64,000 nt of DNA, taken from contig OX597834.1 in the NCBI GenBank assembly GCA_951406725.2, positions 37,324,001 to 37,388,000 on the forward strand, in the 5' to 3' direction. The number at the start of each line of letters is the position of its first letter. Within the stretch, counting starts at the first letter, position 1. The notes under the pieces are model-generated. The model saw nothing but the letters and a program-made list of their open reading frames with translations. It did no database searches and was not told the origin of the DNA. The position numbers and the translations under genes are program-made. This document shows positions 1 to 12,341 of the stretch, in pieces. This DNA is from Octopus vulgaris (taxonomy: Eukaryota).

Positions 1-250
1 TATGTATATATATGTATGTATGTATATGTATGTATGTATATATATGTATGTATGTATATGTATGTATGTATATGTATGTATGTATATATGTATATATGTA
101 TATATGTATGTATATATATATGTATGTATATATATATATATATACCTATGTATATATATATATATATATGTATGTATATATGTATGTATATATGTATGTA
201 TATATGTATGTACATATATATGTATGTATATATGTATGTATATATATATG

Positions 251-283
<33 letters not shown>

Positions 284-332
284 GTATATATGTATGTATG
301 TATGTATATATGTATATATATATGTATATATG

Positions 333-370
<38 letters not shown>

Positions 371-593
371 CATATGTATGTATGTATATATATATGTATG
401 TATGTATATCTATGTATGTATATCTATGTATGTATGTATATATATGTATATATATATGTATGTATATGTATGTATGTATATATATATATATGTATGTATG
501 TATATGTATATGTATGTATATATGTATGTATATATGTATATATATATGTATGTATATATGTATATATATATATATGTATATATATATGTATAG

Positions 594-624
<31 letters not shown>

Positions 625-817
625 ATATATATATGTATGTATATATATATATGTATGTATATATATATATATATGTATGTATATATATATATATGTATGT
701 ATATATATGTATATATGTATGTATGTATATATATATGTATATATATATATCTATGTATATATATATATGTATGTATATATATATATGTATGTATATATAT
801 ATATGTATGTATATATG

Positions 818-856
<39 letters not shown>

Positions 857-1026
857 ATATGTATGTATATATATATGTATGTATATATATATATATGTAT
901 GTATGTATATATATATGTATGTATATATATATGTATGTATGTATATATATATATATGTATGTATGTATATATATATGTATGTATATATATATATATGTAT
1001 GTATATATATATATGTATGTATATAT

Positions 1027-1058
<32 letters not shown>

Positions 1059-1264
1059 TATTATGTATGTATGTATATATATATATATATGTATGAATAT
1101 ATATATGCATATGTATATGGATATATATGTATAGATATATATGTATGTGTGTGTGTGTGTGTGTGTATATGTATATACGTGTATATATGTGTATATATAT
1201 TTATATGTGTATATATATATGTATATATGTATATATATATATATCTATGTATATGTATATAATA

Positions 1265-1295
<31 letters not shown>

Positions 1296-1343
1296 ATGGA
1301 TATATATATATATATGTATATGTATATATATGTATATATATGT

Positions 1344-1398
<55 letters not shown>

Positions 1399-1452
1399 TA
1401 TATGTATGTATATCTATATATGTATTTGTATGTATATCTATATATGTATTTG

Positions 1453-1483
<31 letters not shown>

Positions 1484-1622
1484 GAATATATATATGAATA
1501 TATATATGTATATATATATGTATATATATATGTATGTGTATATATATATGTATATATATATGTATATATATATATGTATATATATATGTATGTATATACA
1601 TATATATATGTATATGTGTATA
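1..1622. repeat. Compound (TA)n/(TATG)n microsatellite
   Basis: Directly visible; source of the Y/I/M/C/V ORFs. Confidence 0.97.
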
Positions 1623-2165
1623 TCATCATCATCATTGTTTAACGTCCGTTCTCCATGCTAGCATAGGTTGGACGGTTCGACCGGGGATCTGGCAAGCCAG
1701 AAGTCTGCACCAGGCTCCAGTCTGATCTGTCAGTGTTTCTACTACTGGATGCCCTTCCTAACGCCAAGCACTCCGTGAGTGTAGTGGGTGCTTTTTACAT
1801 GCCACCTGCACATGTGCCAGGCGAGGCTGGCAACGGCCACGGTTGGATTGGTGCATTTCACGTGCCACCGGCACGGAAGCCGGCTGAGGCGGCACTGGCA
1901 TCGGTCATGATTCGGATGTTGCTTTTTACGTGCCACCGGCACAGAAGCCCGACGAGGCGGCACTGGCATCGGTCATGATTTGGATGGTGCTTTTTACGTG
2001 CCACCGGCACGGAAGCCAGTTGAGGTGATGCTGGCATCAGCCACAATTTGGATAGCGCGTTTTACGTACCACCTGCACAGAAGCCAGTCTAGGCGATGCT
2101 GGCATCGGCCACCTTCAGATGGTGCTGTTTACATGCCACCGGCTCAGAGATCACAACTGCAGTTT
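1623..2165 (-). mobile_element. SINE-like retroelement with (GAT)n tail and internal ~58-bp tandem units
   Basis: Same family recurs at ~26885-27170, 28900-29160, 30450-30845, 39560-39978, 47945-48478 and 60945-61340. Confidence 0.8.
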
Positions 2166-2360
2166 TGATGTCGGTGTACATGTATGTATATGTGTATATA
2201 TATGTATTTGTGTATATGTATATATATGTATGTATATATATGTATATATATGTATAGTTAGTTAGTTAAAGTTAATCCAAACAAGAAAGCACAAAAAAAC
2301 ACAACAACGCCAGGACGTGGAACAAATATAGTATTATTGGATGCTCAGGAAAGAAGGAGG

Positions 2361-2395
2361 GTTTAAAGTTTCGAGCAGAGCTCTTCATCGGAAAC
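2361..2395 (-). ncRNA. Degenerate minimal hammerhead motif in a Penelope-like repeat (U4C)
   Basis: Minus strand GTTT-CCGATGA-A-GAGCtctGCTC-GAAA-CTTT-AAAC. Confidence 0.55.
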
Positions 2396-2467
2396 ATAGG
2401 AGAAGGAAAGATCCAGAGAAGGGAAGACAGAGGAAAAAAAATCACCAACAGTACACACGTGGTCACA

Positions 2468-2527
2468 TATGTATATATGTATATATGTATATTTATATAT
2501 ATATAAATGTATATATATATATATGTT

Positions 2528-2558
<31 letters not shown>

Positions 2559-2559
2559 G

Positions 2560-2590
<31 letters not shown>

Positions 2591-2670
2591 GTATATGTAT
2601 GTATATATATATATATGTATATGTATGTATATATATATATGTATATGTATGTATATTTATATATATATAA

Positions 2671-2730
<60 letters not shown>

Positions 2731-2868
2731 GTATATGTATGTATATATATATATGTATATGTATGTATATATATATATGTATATGTATGTATATATATAT
2801 AATGTATATGTATGTATATATATATATATATATATGTATATGTATGTATATATATATATGTATGTATG

Positions 2869-2902
<34 letters not shown>

Positions 2903-3012
2903 TGTATGTATATATATATATATGTATGTATGTATATATATATGTATGTGTATATATATATATATATATATATACATATATAGTCTATACGTAGTGTATA
3001 TATAATATGCAT
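2468..3012. repeat. (TA)n/(TATG)n microsatellite
   Basis: Directly visible. Confidence 0.95.
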
Positions 3013-3014
3013 AT

Positions 3015-3180
3015 ACGAGTGGGTGCTGCCGAGTTCTTTTACAGGGTTTAGAAAAACTGAATGAGCACTGCAATAAACGTGTGAATCTGAGAGGAGAATA
3101 TTTTGAATAAAATCTTAACTAACTGATCATTCTGTATTTTCTTTAACCCAAAGCCAGGAACTTTCCAGTGCCCCATCACA
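3015..3180. mobile_element. Degenerate Tc1/mariner-type MITE
   Basis: TA-flanked ends resembling CGAGGGGGTGCTGAAAAGTTCC; related end at 13333-13400. Confidence 0.55.
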
Positions 3181-3745
3181 TATATATATTCTTTTACTTG
3201 TTTCAGTCATCAGACTGTGGCCATGCTGGGGTGCCGCCTTCAAGAATTCTAGTTGAATGAATCCACCTCACTACCTGTTTTTTAAAGCCTAGCACTTACT
3301 TTTTTAGTCTCTTTTGCCAAAGTGCCAAGTCATGGGGATGTAAACATACCAACACCAACTGGAGGGGTGGAAGGTGAGAAACACTGATACAAAGACACAT
3401 GGGCCAGTGGCACGTAAAGAGCACCCAGTGCACTCTGGCATTAGGGAGGGCATCCAGCTGTAGAAACCATGCCACATCAGACAATTGTAGTTTGGACAGG
3501 TCCCTGCTAGCCAGCTCCGTATTAAACTGTCCAACCCATGCCAACATGCAGAACGGGTGTTAAGCAATAATTATGAGGGAAGCAAAACTATACATCTTGT
3601 ACCCAGCATATTAGGTAGCTCATTCATCCATTGTCAGGATTGTGATATATCTCCTGGTATGCACTGCTTTTCAACTCCCCGTCCCATTTCTGAATAGAGC
3701 ATCTCACATGCCCTTGAGCCATTCAAGTAATTAAAATGAACTTAC

Positions 3746-3846
3746 CAGTAAAATATTGGCAAGATGTGCCGCCAGCAAGGCATAAACACCGCCAGACGCT
3801 CCAACTAGAAATACATCCATATCAAAAACAGATGTTCCTAATGAGC
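3746..3846 (-). CDS. RHBDL2: Rhomboid protease catalytic exon (TM4): (G)[33 protein letters not shown]
   Basis: Acceptor ttttcttttctttccag, donor CTG|gtaag; 101 bp, phase 1 in, phase 0 out. GASGG with catalytic Ser codon TCT at 3796-3794. Confidence 0.96.
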
Positions 3847-3889
3847 CTGGAAAGAAAAGAAAAACAGATACACTATCAGAGGAAAATAT

Positions 3890-4225
3890 TTGAAAAACTG
3901 CTGGTAGAAAACAAAGCTGTTGGTAGAAAACAGACAAAATGTAGGCGAGTAGAAAAACAGGCAAATTGTAGGAGGGAAAACATTACATAGACTGTTGGTA
4001 GAAAGACATGACACAAACTGCCGGTAGAAAACAAACTATTGGTACAAAACAAACAGTTGGTGGAAAAACATTACACAGACTATGGCCAGAAAAATATTAC
4101 ATAAAGTGTTGGTAGAAAGACATGATACAAACTGCTGGTAGAAAACAGTATAAACTGCTCTGGGTAGAAAAATGGGCAAACTGCTGGTATAAAATGGGCA
4201 AATTCCTGGTAGAAAAGCATTACAC
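3890..4225. repeat. Degenerate ~20-30-bp minisatellite (core aaactgytggtagaaaa)
   Basis: Roughly a dozen imperfect units visible. Confidence 0.75.
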
Positions 4226-5124
4226 TATACTCTGATTTCAAATTCTTCTGAAGATGACTTTGCTTTTCATCTTTTCCAGGTCTATGAAATAAGGTCCTCT
4301 CAAGGACTGGGGTTGATGTAATTAATTAGTTCCCTCCTGCAAAATTTCAGGCCCAGTGCCTATAATAGAAAGGATTATTATTATTATTTCTAAAGGTGGT
4401 GAGCTGGGCAAAATACTTTGTGGCATTTTGTCTGTCTTTACATTCTGAATTCATACTCTGCTTGGGTCAACTTTGCCTTTCATCTCTTTTCGAGTCAATA
4501 AATTAAGTCCCAGTTCAACACTAGGGTCAATGTTATTGACATATCCCCTTCCCCAAAAATTACTGGCCTTTTTCATATAATAGAAAGGATTATTATCATT
4601 ATTATTATTATTATTGTTGTTGTTGTTGTTTTTGCTGTTCATTCATGTTTCATGACATTTAGACCTGCCTTTGTCAACTCAAAACAAGATGTCAACAACA
4701 GACATGAGCATTTTTTTTCTTTTTTTTTTTTTCAACTTCCACATCTTTACAGAAAAAACAATTTTCTCTCTTAATGTTATCAGTTGTCAAGAATTTAATA
4801 TTCTATAATTATTTGATACATTGTTTACCTGGGAGCTACTCAAGGTGTCTGTTATTGTGAAATTCTTTTCACCCCCAAAAGCTTACCGACACCTCCAGTA
4901 ACAACAAGCATCAATTTAATTTTTAATGCTACACATTCTTTTGATCTCAGAATCTCTCCTGGTCATGGTATTTACTAATCTTCTCACATTCTTTTGTTAC
5001 CAAAATTAGCATCGTCTGCTGCCATGATATCACTTAGATGACTGCTCTTTGTCTTTTTAAGTGGGGACCACTTTAAGCATTATTATTATTATTATTATTA
5101 TCATTATTATTATTATCATTATTA

Positions 5125-5155
<31 letters not shown>

Positions 5156-5484
5156 CATTATTATTATTATTATCATCGTTATTATTATTGTTGTTATTGT
5201 TATTGTTATTAATGTTGTTGTTTACATCGTTATACAGTTAGCGTTATTGTTATCATTATCATTGTTATCATGGCCATCATCATCATCACTATTATTTTGG
5301 CTGTCTTTATGATCTCAGTTCAAATTCCACCAAGGTTGACTTAGCTTTACATCCTTTTGGGGGGGTCAATGAAACAAATACCAATTACACGCTGGGATTG
5401 ATGTAATCAACTAACCACTTCCCCACAAATGTCAGGCCTTGTGCCTATAGTAGAAAGGATTATAATAATAATAATAATAATAAT

Positions 5485-5757
5485 ATTGTGACGTATATTT
5501 GCCATTTGAATATGGCTAACCCCTAAGGGTGGATGCTACTGTAGTTTGTAGCTCCAGGAGGACACCTCCTCCAGCTGGCTATAGACACACTTTCTGTGCC
5601 CTATCAGTATTTGCAAAGGGAAGCCATCCTTCCCGTCTTCAACTTATGATACACACAGACTTGAGTTTCAGGGTATTGACCCGTCATCAGCGTGTGACAA
5701 TCATAGTTGTCGATCTTAGGGGTTAGCCATATTCAAATGGCAAATATACGTCACGAT
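5485..5757. mobile_element. 273-bp element with 43-bp terminal inverted repeats (1 mismatch) carrying an internal hammerhead
   Basis: 5485-5527 ATTGTGACGTATATTTGCCATTTGAATATGGCTAACCCCTAAG matches the reverse complement of 5715-5757. Confidence 0.85.
5652..5696 (-). ncRNA. Minimal type-I hammerhead ribozyme motif, GUC cleavage site
   Basis: CACACG-CTGATGA-C-GGGTcaatACCC-T-GAAA-CTCAA-GTC-TGTGTG; stem I 6 bp, stem II 4 bp, near-palindromic stem III. Confidence 0.75.
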
Positions 5758-5910
5758 GTGTTGCTGCTACTGTTTATAACTCGCTCTGAGATTTATCATT
5801 ATTAATAATAATATTATTATGATTTTATTCTGAAATATCATATCAGACTAGGGATGACCAAATTACAACAATTATTTATAGTCCTTTCTTTCTTTTATTC
5901 TTTCTTTTTT

Positions 5911-6111
5911 CTTTTACTTGTTTCAGTCATTTGACTGCGGCCATGCTGGAGCACCGCCTTTAGTCGAAGAAATCGACCCCGGGACTTATTCTTAGTAAGC
6001 CCAGTACTTATTCTATCGGTCTCTTTTGCCGAACCGCTAAGTGATGGGGACGTAAACACACCAGCATCGGTTGTCAAGCAATGCTAGGGGGACAAACACA
6101 GACACACAAAG

Positions 6112-6152
<41 letters not shown>

Positions 6153-6317
6153 TTCGACAGGCTTCTTTCAGTTTCCGTCTACCAAATCCACTCACAAGGC
6201 ATTGGTCGGCCCGGGGCTATAGCAGAAGACACTTGCCCAAGATGCCACGCAGTGGGACTGAACCCGGAACCATGTGGTTGGTTAGCAAGCTACTTACCAC
6301 ACAGCCACTCCTGCGCC
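5911..6317 (-). mobile_element. tRNA-derived CORE-type SINE, full length
   Basis: A/B-box-like head (TGGCTGTGTGGTAAG, GGTTCAGTCCC), CORE-like CTTGGGCAAGT, internal microsatellite and conserved tail; many copies in the window. Confidence 0.85.
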
Positions 6318-6467
6318 TTTGTTTGTATTATAGTGCATTGTTGTGTCATTCAAAATATTTTATTCTAAACAGAATTGTATCAAATATTTTGAATCCAGAA
6401 GTATTCAAAGAAGATGCATTGGAACCTGCCATTGTATGGAAGATAGAATTGAAACTGGATTACTCAC

Positions 6468-6580
6468 CTGCTAGAACTCCTGCTAAGTAAACAGCACCAA
6501 TACGAAAGGATCCATGCACCATTTCCAGAGGTATACCAACCAAAACTTGTACTAACATATTAAAAAACAAGTGAACCCAT
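6468..6580 (-). CDS. RHBDL2: Rhomboid protease internal exon (TM2-TM3): (G)[38 protein letters not shown]
   Basis: Acceptor ctcatttcag, donor G|gtgagt; 113 bp, phase 2 in, phase 1 out, matching both neighbours. HLxxN and GIPLEMVHG are characteristic of secretase rhomboids. Confidence 0.96.
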
Positions 6581-7354
6581 CTGAAATGAGACGTGATAAA
6601 AACTGAAGTGAGCTTGTATTTCATGAGAGAGGGGGAGGGGGTAGAGAGAGCGAGAGAGAAAGAGCGTGTGTGTGTGTGTGTGCATTTTTGCATTGATCTG
6701 TATTTGTGTATATGCATATCATGTGATCACTTGACCAACCAGGCTATTAGATGTTGTTACACACCACTGGTCACAATGTGCTTTTGCAATGTTCTAGCTT
6801 TCAAATGATGCCACCCTGTGGGCTGGATGACCAGACCAACATTCCACCCACCCCCACCGATCGAAAGAGGATTGGAGCCACGTGAAATGAAGTGTTTTGC
6901 TCAAGAATGCAACACACCACCCAGACAGGGAATAGAACCTACAATCTGGCAATCATGAGAGCAGCAGCCTAAACACTAGGCCACGTACCTTTATGTATAT
7001 GCTTATGCATGCATAAATATATTAAAAGTTGACAATTTACTCTAAATTTTGCCCTTAATTGTTCATAAACTCCTACGTTATAAATTCCTCCTCCTCATCA
7101 TCACCATCATCATCACCATCTGATGGGTCCAAGGATTGCATCAGGCTCTAGTGTCTGCTTCAGCATGATTTCTACAGCTGGATGTCCTTCCCAATGCCAA
7201 CTACTTTACAGCATAGACTGGGTGTTTTTTAAGTGGCACCAACACTAGTGAGCTCCCCATGCAGCTTGCAAAATGACTAATCCAGATTGATGGTAACGGT
7301 GCTGGTGAGGGGAGGGATCATTTTTCGTTTTGCTAGGAGGATGACAGATTAGAG

Positions 7355-7649
7355 CAGGGGTTCTCAGCAGGGTTCATACGGACCCTGGTGGTCCACTGAT
7401 GCAATATAGTAAATTCAGAGTCCACAGTAATTTTTCAGGGGCCAAAAAGGAACTGTACATCAGATCAATATTGTTTATACTACTACACTAAAGAAAATAT
7501 TTTCACAATGTTTTTTAATTAAAATTCCTATTAATATTTAATTATAAAAATAAAATAGCATTTTTTAAATATCAAATCGCTATGAGGGCCCATCTGAATG
7601 AAATAGGAATTAAAGGGGTCCATAGGCAAAAAATGGTTGTGGACCCCTG
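7355..7649. mobile_element. hAT (Charlie-like) MITE
   Basis: CAGGGGT...ACCCCTG termini; perfect 8-bp TSD GATTAGAG (7347-7354, 7650-7657) with central TA. Confidence 0.88.
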
Positions 7650-7788
7650 GATTAGAGTATGAGAAAAGTAGGAGGTGGGTGTAGAGTAATTTCTTGCAGA
7701 GGAACTGCATGCTTACTCACATTTAGCGGGGCATGGAGAGAATAATCATCAGGAGCTGCAAAGAGGTGGGGCCATGAGGAGAACATTA

Positions 7789-8272
7789 GGCGATGTTTCG
7801 CTTGTCGTAGCACAAGTTTCCGTCGATTTCCGTAAAAAACTTTTATTTTTTTACATAAGTAATGAGAGCGAAAGAGACTAAGAGGAAGCGATTTTATGAC
7901 GAGGAAATTTCTCTTTGAAGTCCCCGTGTGTGTGTTTGATGGGGTGTGGGAGACAGACAGTATGTTGTGTAAGTGAAGTGCTTCTGTTAGTGTGTGCGAA
8001 GAGACAGAGAGAGTAATGTGTGAAAGAGAGAGATAACTGAAATTTTTTACTCGGTGTATGTGTATATGTATGTCTGCATGTATGTGTGTGTATGTATCTA
8101 TGTATGTGTGTGTGTGTATGTATCTATGTATGTGTGTGTGTGTGTATGTGTGTGTGTGTATGTATGTGTGTATGTATGTATGTATGTATGGCCGATTCAG
8201 TGTTTACATTTTTTACGGAAATCGACAGAAGAAATCGACAGAAACGTGTGCTACGACAAGCGAAACTTCGCC
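7789..8272. mobile_element. Merlin-like MITE
   Basis: ~50-bp TIR beginning GGCGA (GGNRM pattern); perfect 8-bp TSD GAACATTA (7781-7788, 8273-8280). Confidence 0.82.
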
Positions 8273-8441
8273 GAACATTATGCAACTTGCATTATATAAT
8301 TAGCACAATGATGTCATGGTCCTCATCAATGTCTTCTTGCAGATCGTTTCAATTTGTCATCCACACATTAGTGAAACAATTGTAAACGATGGAATAAAGT
8401 ATGGCAGCATCTCCAGTCTTCACTTATCATCTCTCTCTCTT

Positions 8442-8476
<35 letters not shown>

Positions 8477-8514
8477 CTATCTGATGAACGGGAACATGAA
8501 ACTCTGAGTAACAG
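8477..8514 (+). ncRNA. Minimal hammerhead motif (intact core, mismatched stems) at the start of a Penelope-like fragment (8475-8617)
   Basis: CTAT-CTGATGA-ACGggaaCAT-GAAA-CTCtGA-GTA-ACAG; the copy at 32339-32551 shows the paired stems CTGT/ACAG and ACG/CGT. Confidence 0.65.
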
Positions 8515-8736
8515 CTTTTGTTATATTTCTGCTACTTTTAAATAAAACATATTACTCTACCTCTGGTATTTGAGTACTCTTTTTTCCACCTTGTTTCACA
8601 TTTATGTGCTTACTCCAGTTTTATACCATATTAAATATACATACACCACACACAAACATACACAGATGGACAGATAAATACACATACATACAGATAGACA
8701 GACAGACAGACATATATACACACACACACACACACA

Positions 8737-9160
<424 letters not shown>

Positions 9161-9685
9161 ACAGATATCACCTAACAAATGGTATCTCACAGCAAGAATG
9201 ATATATCACTGAATATACATCTGCAATTCTGTAACGTTCTGGAGAGTTTTGTTATACATTCATACATACATACATGCATGTATATAATATAATATATATA
9301 TGTATATATACATACAGTCAGCAGGTGAAATATAGAGATGTTTAATACAGAAAACGTTACTAATGCTCATATGATTTAACACTTAAACTCCAAAGTTTTT
9401 ATGAAGGACTTGGTCCATGAGGTAAAAAGTTGCTATAAGAGGAATCCAGGTAAGCTGATATAAAGATAGTGATGCAGGTAAACATGATTAGGCTTGATAT
9501 ATATATAATTATACATACATACATATACACGTATAGGGATATGTATAGATACAAAGCTAAATATATTCAGGAGGCAAATATATATGTACAAGCATATAAA
9601 TATTTATATATATATTGACACATAAATTTACTTTTGCATGGAGTATAAAAAAATATAGGAAACTAAGGTGGGAATGCATAGTTTT

Positions 9686-9841
9686 TGAACTTGACAGCTG
9701 TTTCTAGAGGCTCAGAATTACATAATAGTTTTAATGTTTATAATTAGCAAATGGATTGTGCAAAACGACATGACTATGCAACCAGTAGATGGAAGCATAG
9801 AGACAATATTGTAATACTGGCTTCCTTCATCAGGACGTTAA
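9686..9841 (-). ncRNA. Hammerhead-like motif with expanded (~120 nt) stem II
   Basis: CTGATGA (9833-9827) ... GAAACAGCTGTC (9704-9693) with palindromic stem III ACAGCTGT; stem I degenerate. Confidence 0.5.
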
Positions 9842-10507
9842 ATTGTTCAATTTCCCCTCCTGTTAAAGGGGATTAGTGGAAGACAGAACAAAACAAAGAA
9901 AGATACAGTGAGGCCTACAAAAATAACTGCTGAAGCAGATTTTCTACAGATGGATATCCTACCTGATACAAACCTTCACCTGTTTCCAAGCAAGGTTATA
10001 TTCCCTCATGACCAGAGAGACTTTAATTGAACATTGGAAATGAAGTACTCTGCATGCATGATGGTGACACGCATTTATGACAATCATGTGAAGTCAAAAC
10101 AAGGAGACAGTAACATGCACACACACACATATGCATGCACACAGCCACACATGGACACACATATACATACAACAGACTTTTTTCAGTTTTTGTCTCCCAA
10201 ATTCACTCATAAGGCTTTTGTTGGCCCAAAGTAGTAACAGAAGACACTTGACCAAGGAGTCATGCAGTGGGACTGAACCCCAAACCATACGATTGAGAAG
10301 CAAGCTTCTCACTGTACAACCACATCTAAACTTTTTGCCACTCGTGTGTAGCTTGGTGCAGCCTCCTGGCTTACCAGATCCCGGTTGAACCATCTAACCC
10401 ATGCTAGCATGGAAGATGGACGTTAAACAATGATGATGATGATGATAATGATGTTTTTAAATCCACACCCACAGTCACAACTGTGCCTATATGTATATAT
10501 TAACAAA

Positions 10508-11035
10508 GTTGCCATGATGTTACCCAACGCATCCACTGAAAAATGAAGGAGACATAACAGTCACTGTTATCTTATCAAAGCGCTCTGGAAGTGGGCTTCA
10601 CTGGAATGGTCTTTTCAATGATCTGGCAGTGGGGACGCTGGCAACGGGTAGTGTCAGAGCTATGCCGTCGGGAACTTCGGTTCCTGGTAGGGCCACCCAA
10701 GGTGGATTGGTCTGACACCGAGTGGTATTAGGGCCACAACCTGGCAGACGGGGCTCTGGTGAAAATCCTCGAAGTGTCTGTTTCGGCAACCGGCAGCTCC
10801 TCGGTTGTTCTGTCCCTGCGTTTGCAGACAATCTGCAGCAAACAGGATGTCTCTACATGCGGGATTGTTGGGGATCGCTTGTTGAATCCACATATTCCCA
10901 TGAAACTTCTTCCAAGGAAGAAGCCGACTCAGCCCACCCAGGGTGAATGTCACCACAAATACAAGAAAGTAGTATATGATGCATATACACCCTGATCACA
11001 GTAGCAGTCCCTCTGACTACCATTTGTCTAAGCCT
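10508..11035 (+). mobile_element. RTE-clade LINE 5' UTR-like fragment
   Basis: GC-rich island containing GGGCTT..TCAATGA..GAGCTATGCCGT..GGTAGGGCCACCCAAG, a motif order recalled from RTE/BovB/Rex3 5' ends (not verified by search). Confidence 0.55.
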
Positions 11036-11823
11036 CATTATATTCTTTTATACTCTAGGCACAAGGCCCGATATCTTTGAGGAAGGGGGCTAGTCAATTA
11101 GACTGAACCCAGTACAAAAGTGGTACTTAATTTACTGATCCCAAAAGGATGAAAGCAAACTCGACCTCGGCAGAATTTGAACTCAGAATGTAAAAGACAG
11201 ACGAAATACCACTAAGCATTTTGCCTAGCATTCGAACATTTCTGCCAGTTCACCGCCTTTACGCTTCATTATATTGCCACAAATGGACTACACCCAACTC
11301 TTTTTCTCTTACACACACACACACACACATACACATCTATCAATTTATCTATCTACACACACACACATATGTATATATGTATGAGTAGGTGAAATATTAT
11401 TCTGTAGTCTGCTGGCCATTAAGATGTAAGTCCTACAGATACATAATATATATAAATATATACATATACATATATACACATATTCATTTGTGAGCCACAG
11501 ATATGCATGTCTATGAATGTTATTACAACACAATGCTGCCAGTCAAATACAAAAACAATACATACACACAATATATACATATGCATATATATCTATATAT
11601 ACATATATATGTACATATATACATATGTGGATGGACGGATGAATATGCATATCTACATATATATATATGTATGTATATATAGAGAGAGATAAACAAATAT
11701 ATGTATGTATACATACATATATATATATATACATATATGCATACATACACATATATATACACATATACATACATATATATATATATATATGCGTACATAC
11801 ATATATATATGCATGCATACATG

Positions 11824-11876
<53 letters not shown>

Positions 11877-12306
11877 TACATATATACATATATATATGTG
11901 TGTATATATATATATATGTATGTATGTATGAAATGATGTGCATATGTGCACTGTAAAAGTGATGCTCATAGGAATATATTTAAATATACATAATGAAATA
12001 GAGTTGTAAGGCTCCAAGATTTATGGCACAATAGAATATATTAGGTGTTTATATATTCTCCATATACACAGACATGGAAATGAAGTCTGCATTGGTGCAT
12101 GTGACTATATATACACACACATACACACACGTGCATGTATATATGTATGGCATTGAGTATGAAAGCTATAAAATAGACAACGGTTTATATTTGCTATGGA
12201 AATAAAATATAATGTATATTACAGTTGTCTCTTAGAAGCTATGTGTGGTTTTATATATGGGCCTGACATTACCTGTGAGATTTACAGGTTTTTATGGTGT
12301 AACAGA

Positions 12307-12341
<35 letters not shown>

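Noticed and set aside
2-1661. Long ORFs of up to 372 aa rich in Y/I/M/V/C
   Set aside because: Translations of (TA)/(TATG) microsatellites, open in all frames.
1785-2150. CRISPR-like array: ~26-nt repeat GGTGCTTTTTACGTGCCACCGGCAC with ~33-nt spacers
   Set aside because: Spacers are homologous to each other, the array is an internal minisatellite of a multi-copy SINE, there are no cas genes, and the context is eukaryotic.
6230-6317. tRNA gene-like A/B boxes here and at many other sites
   Set aside because: These are SINE heads; no complete cloverleaf, and they are followed by SINE body sequence.
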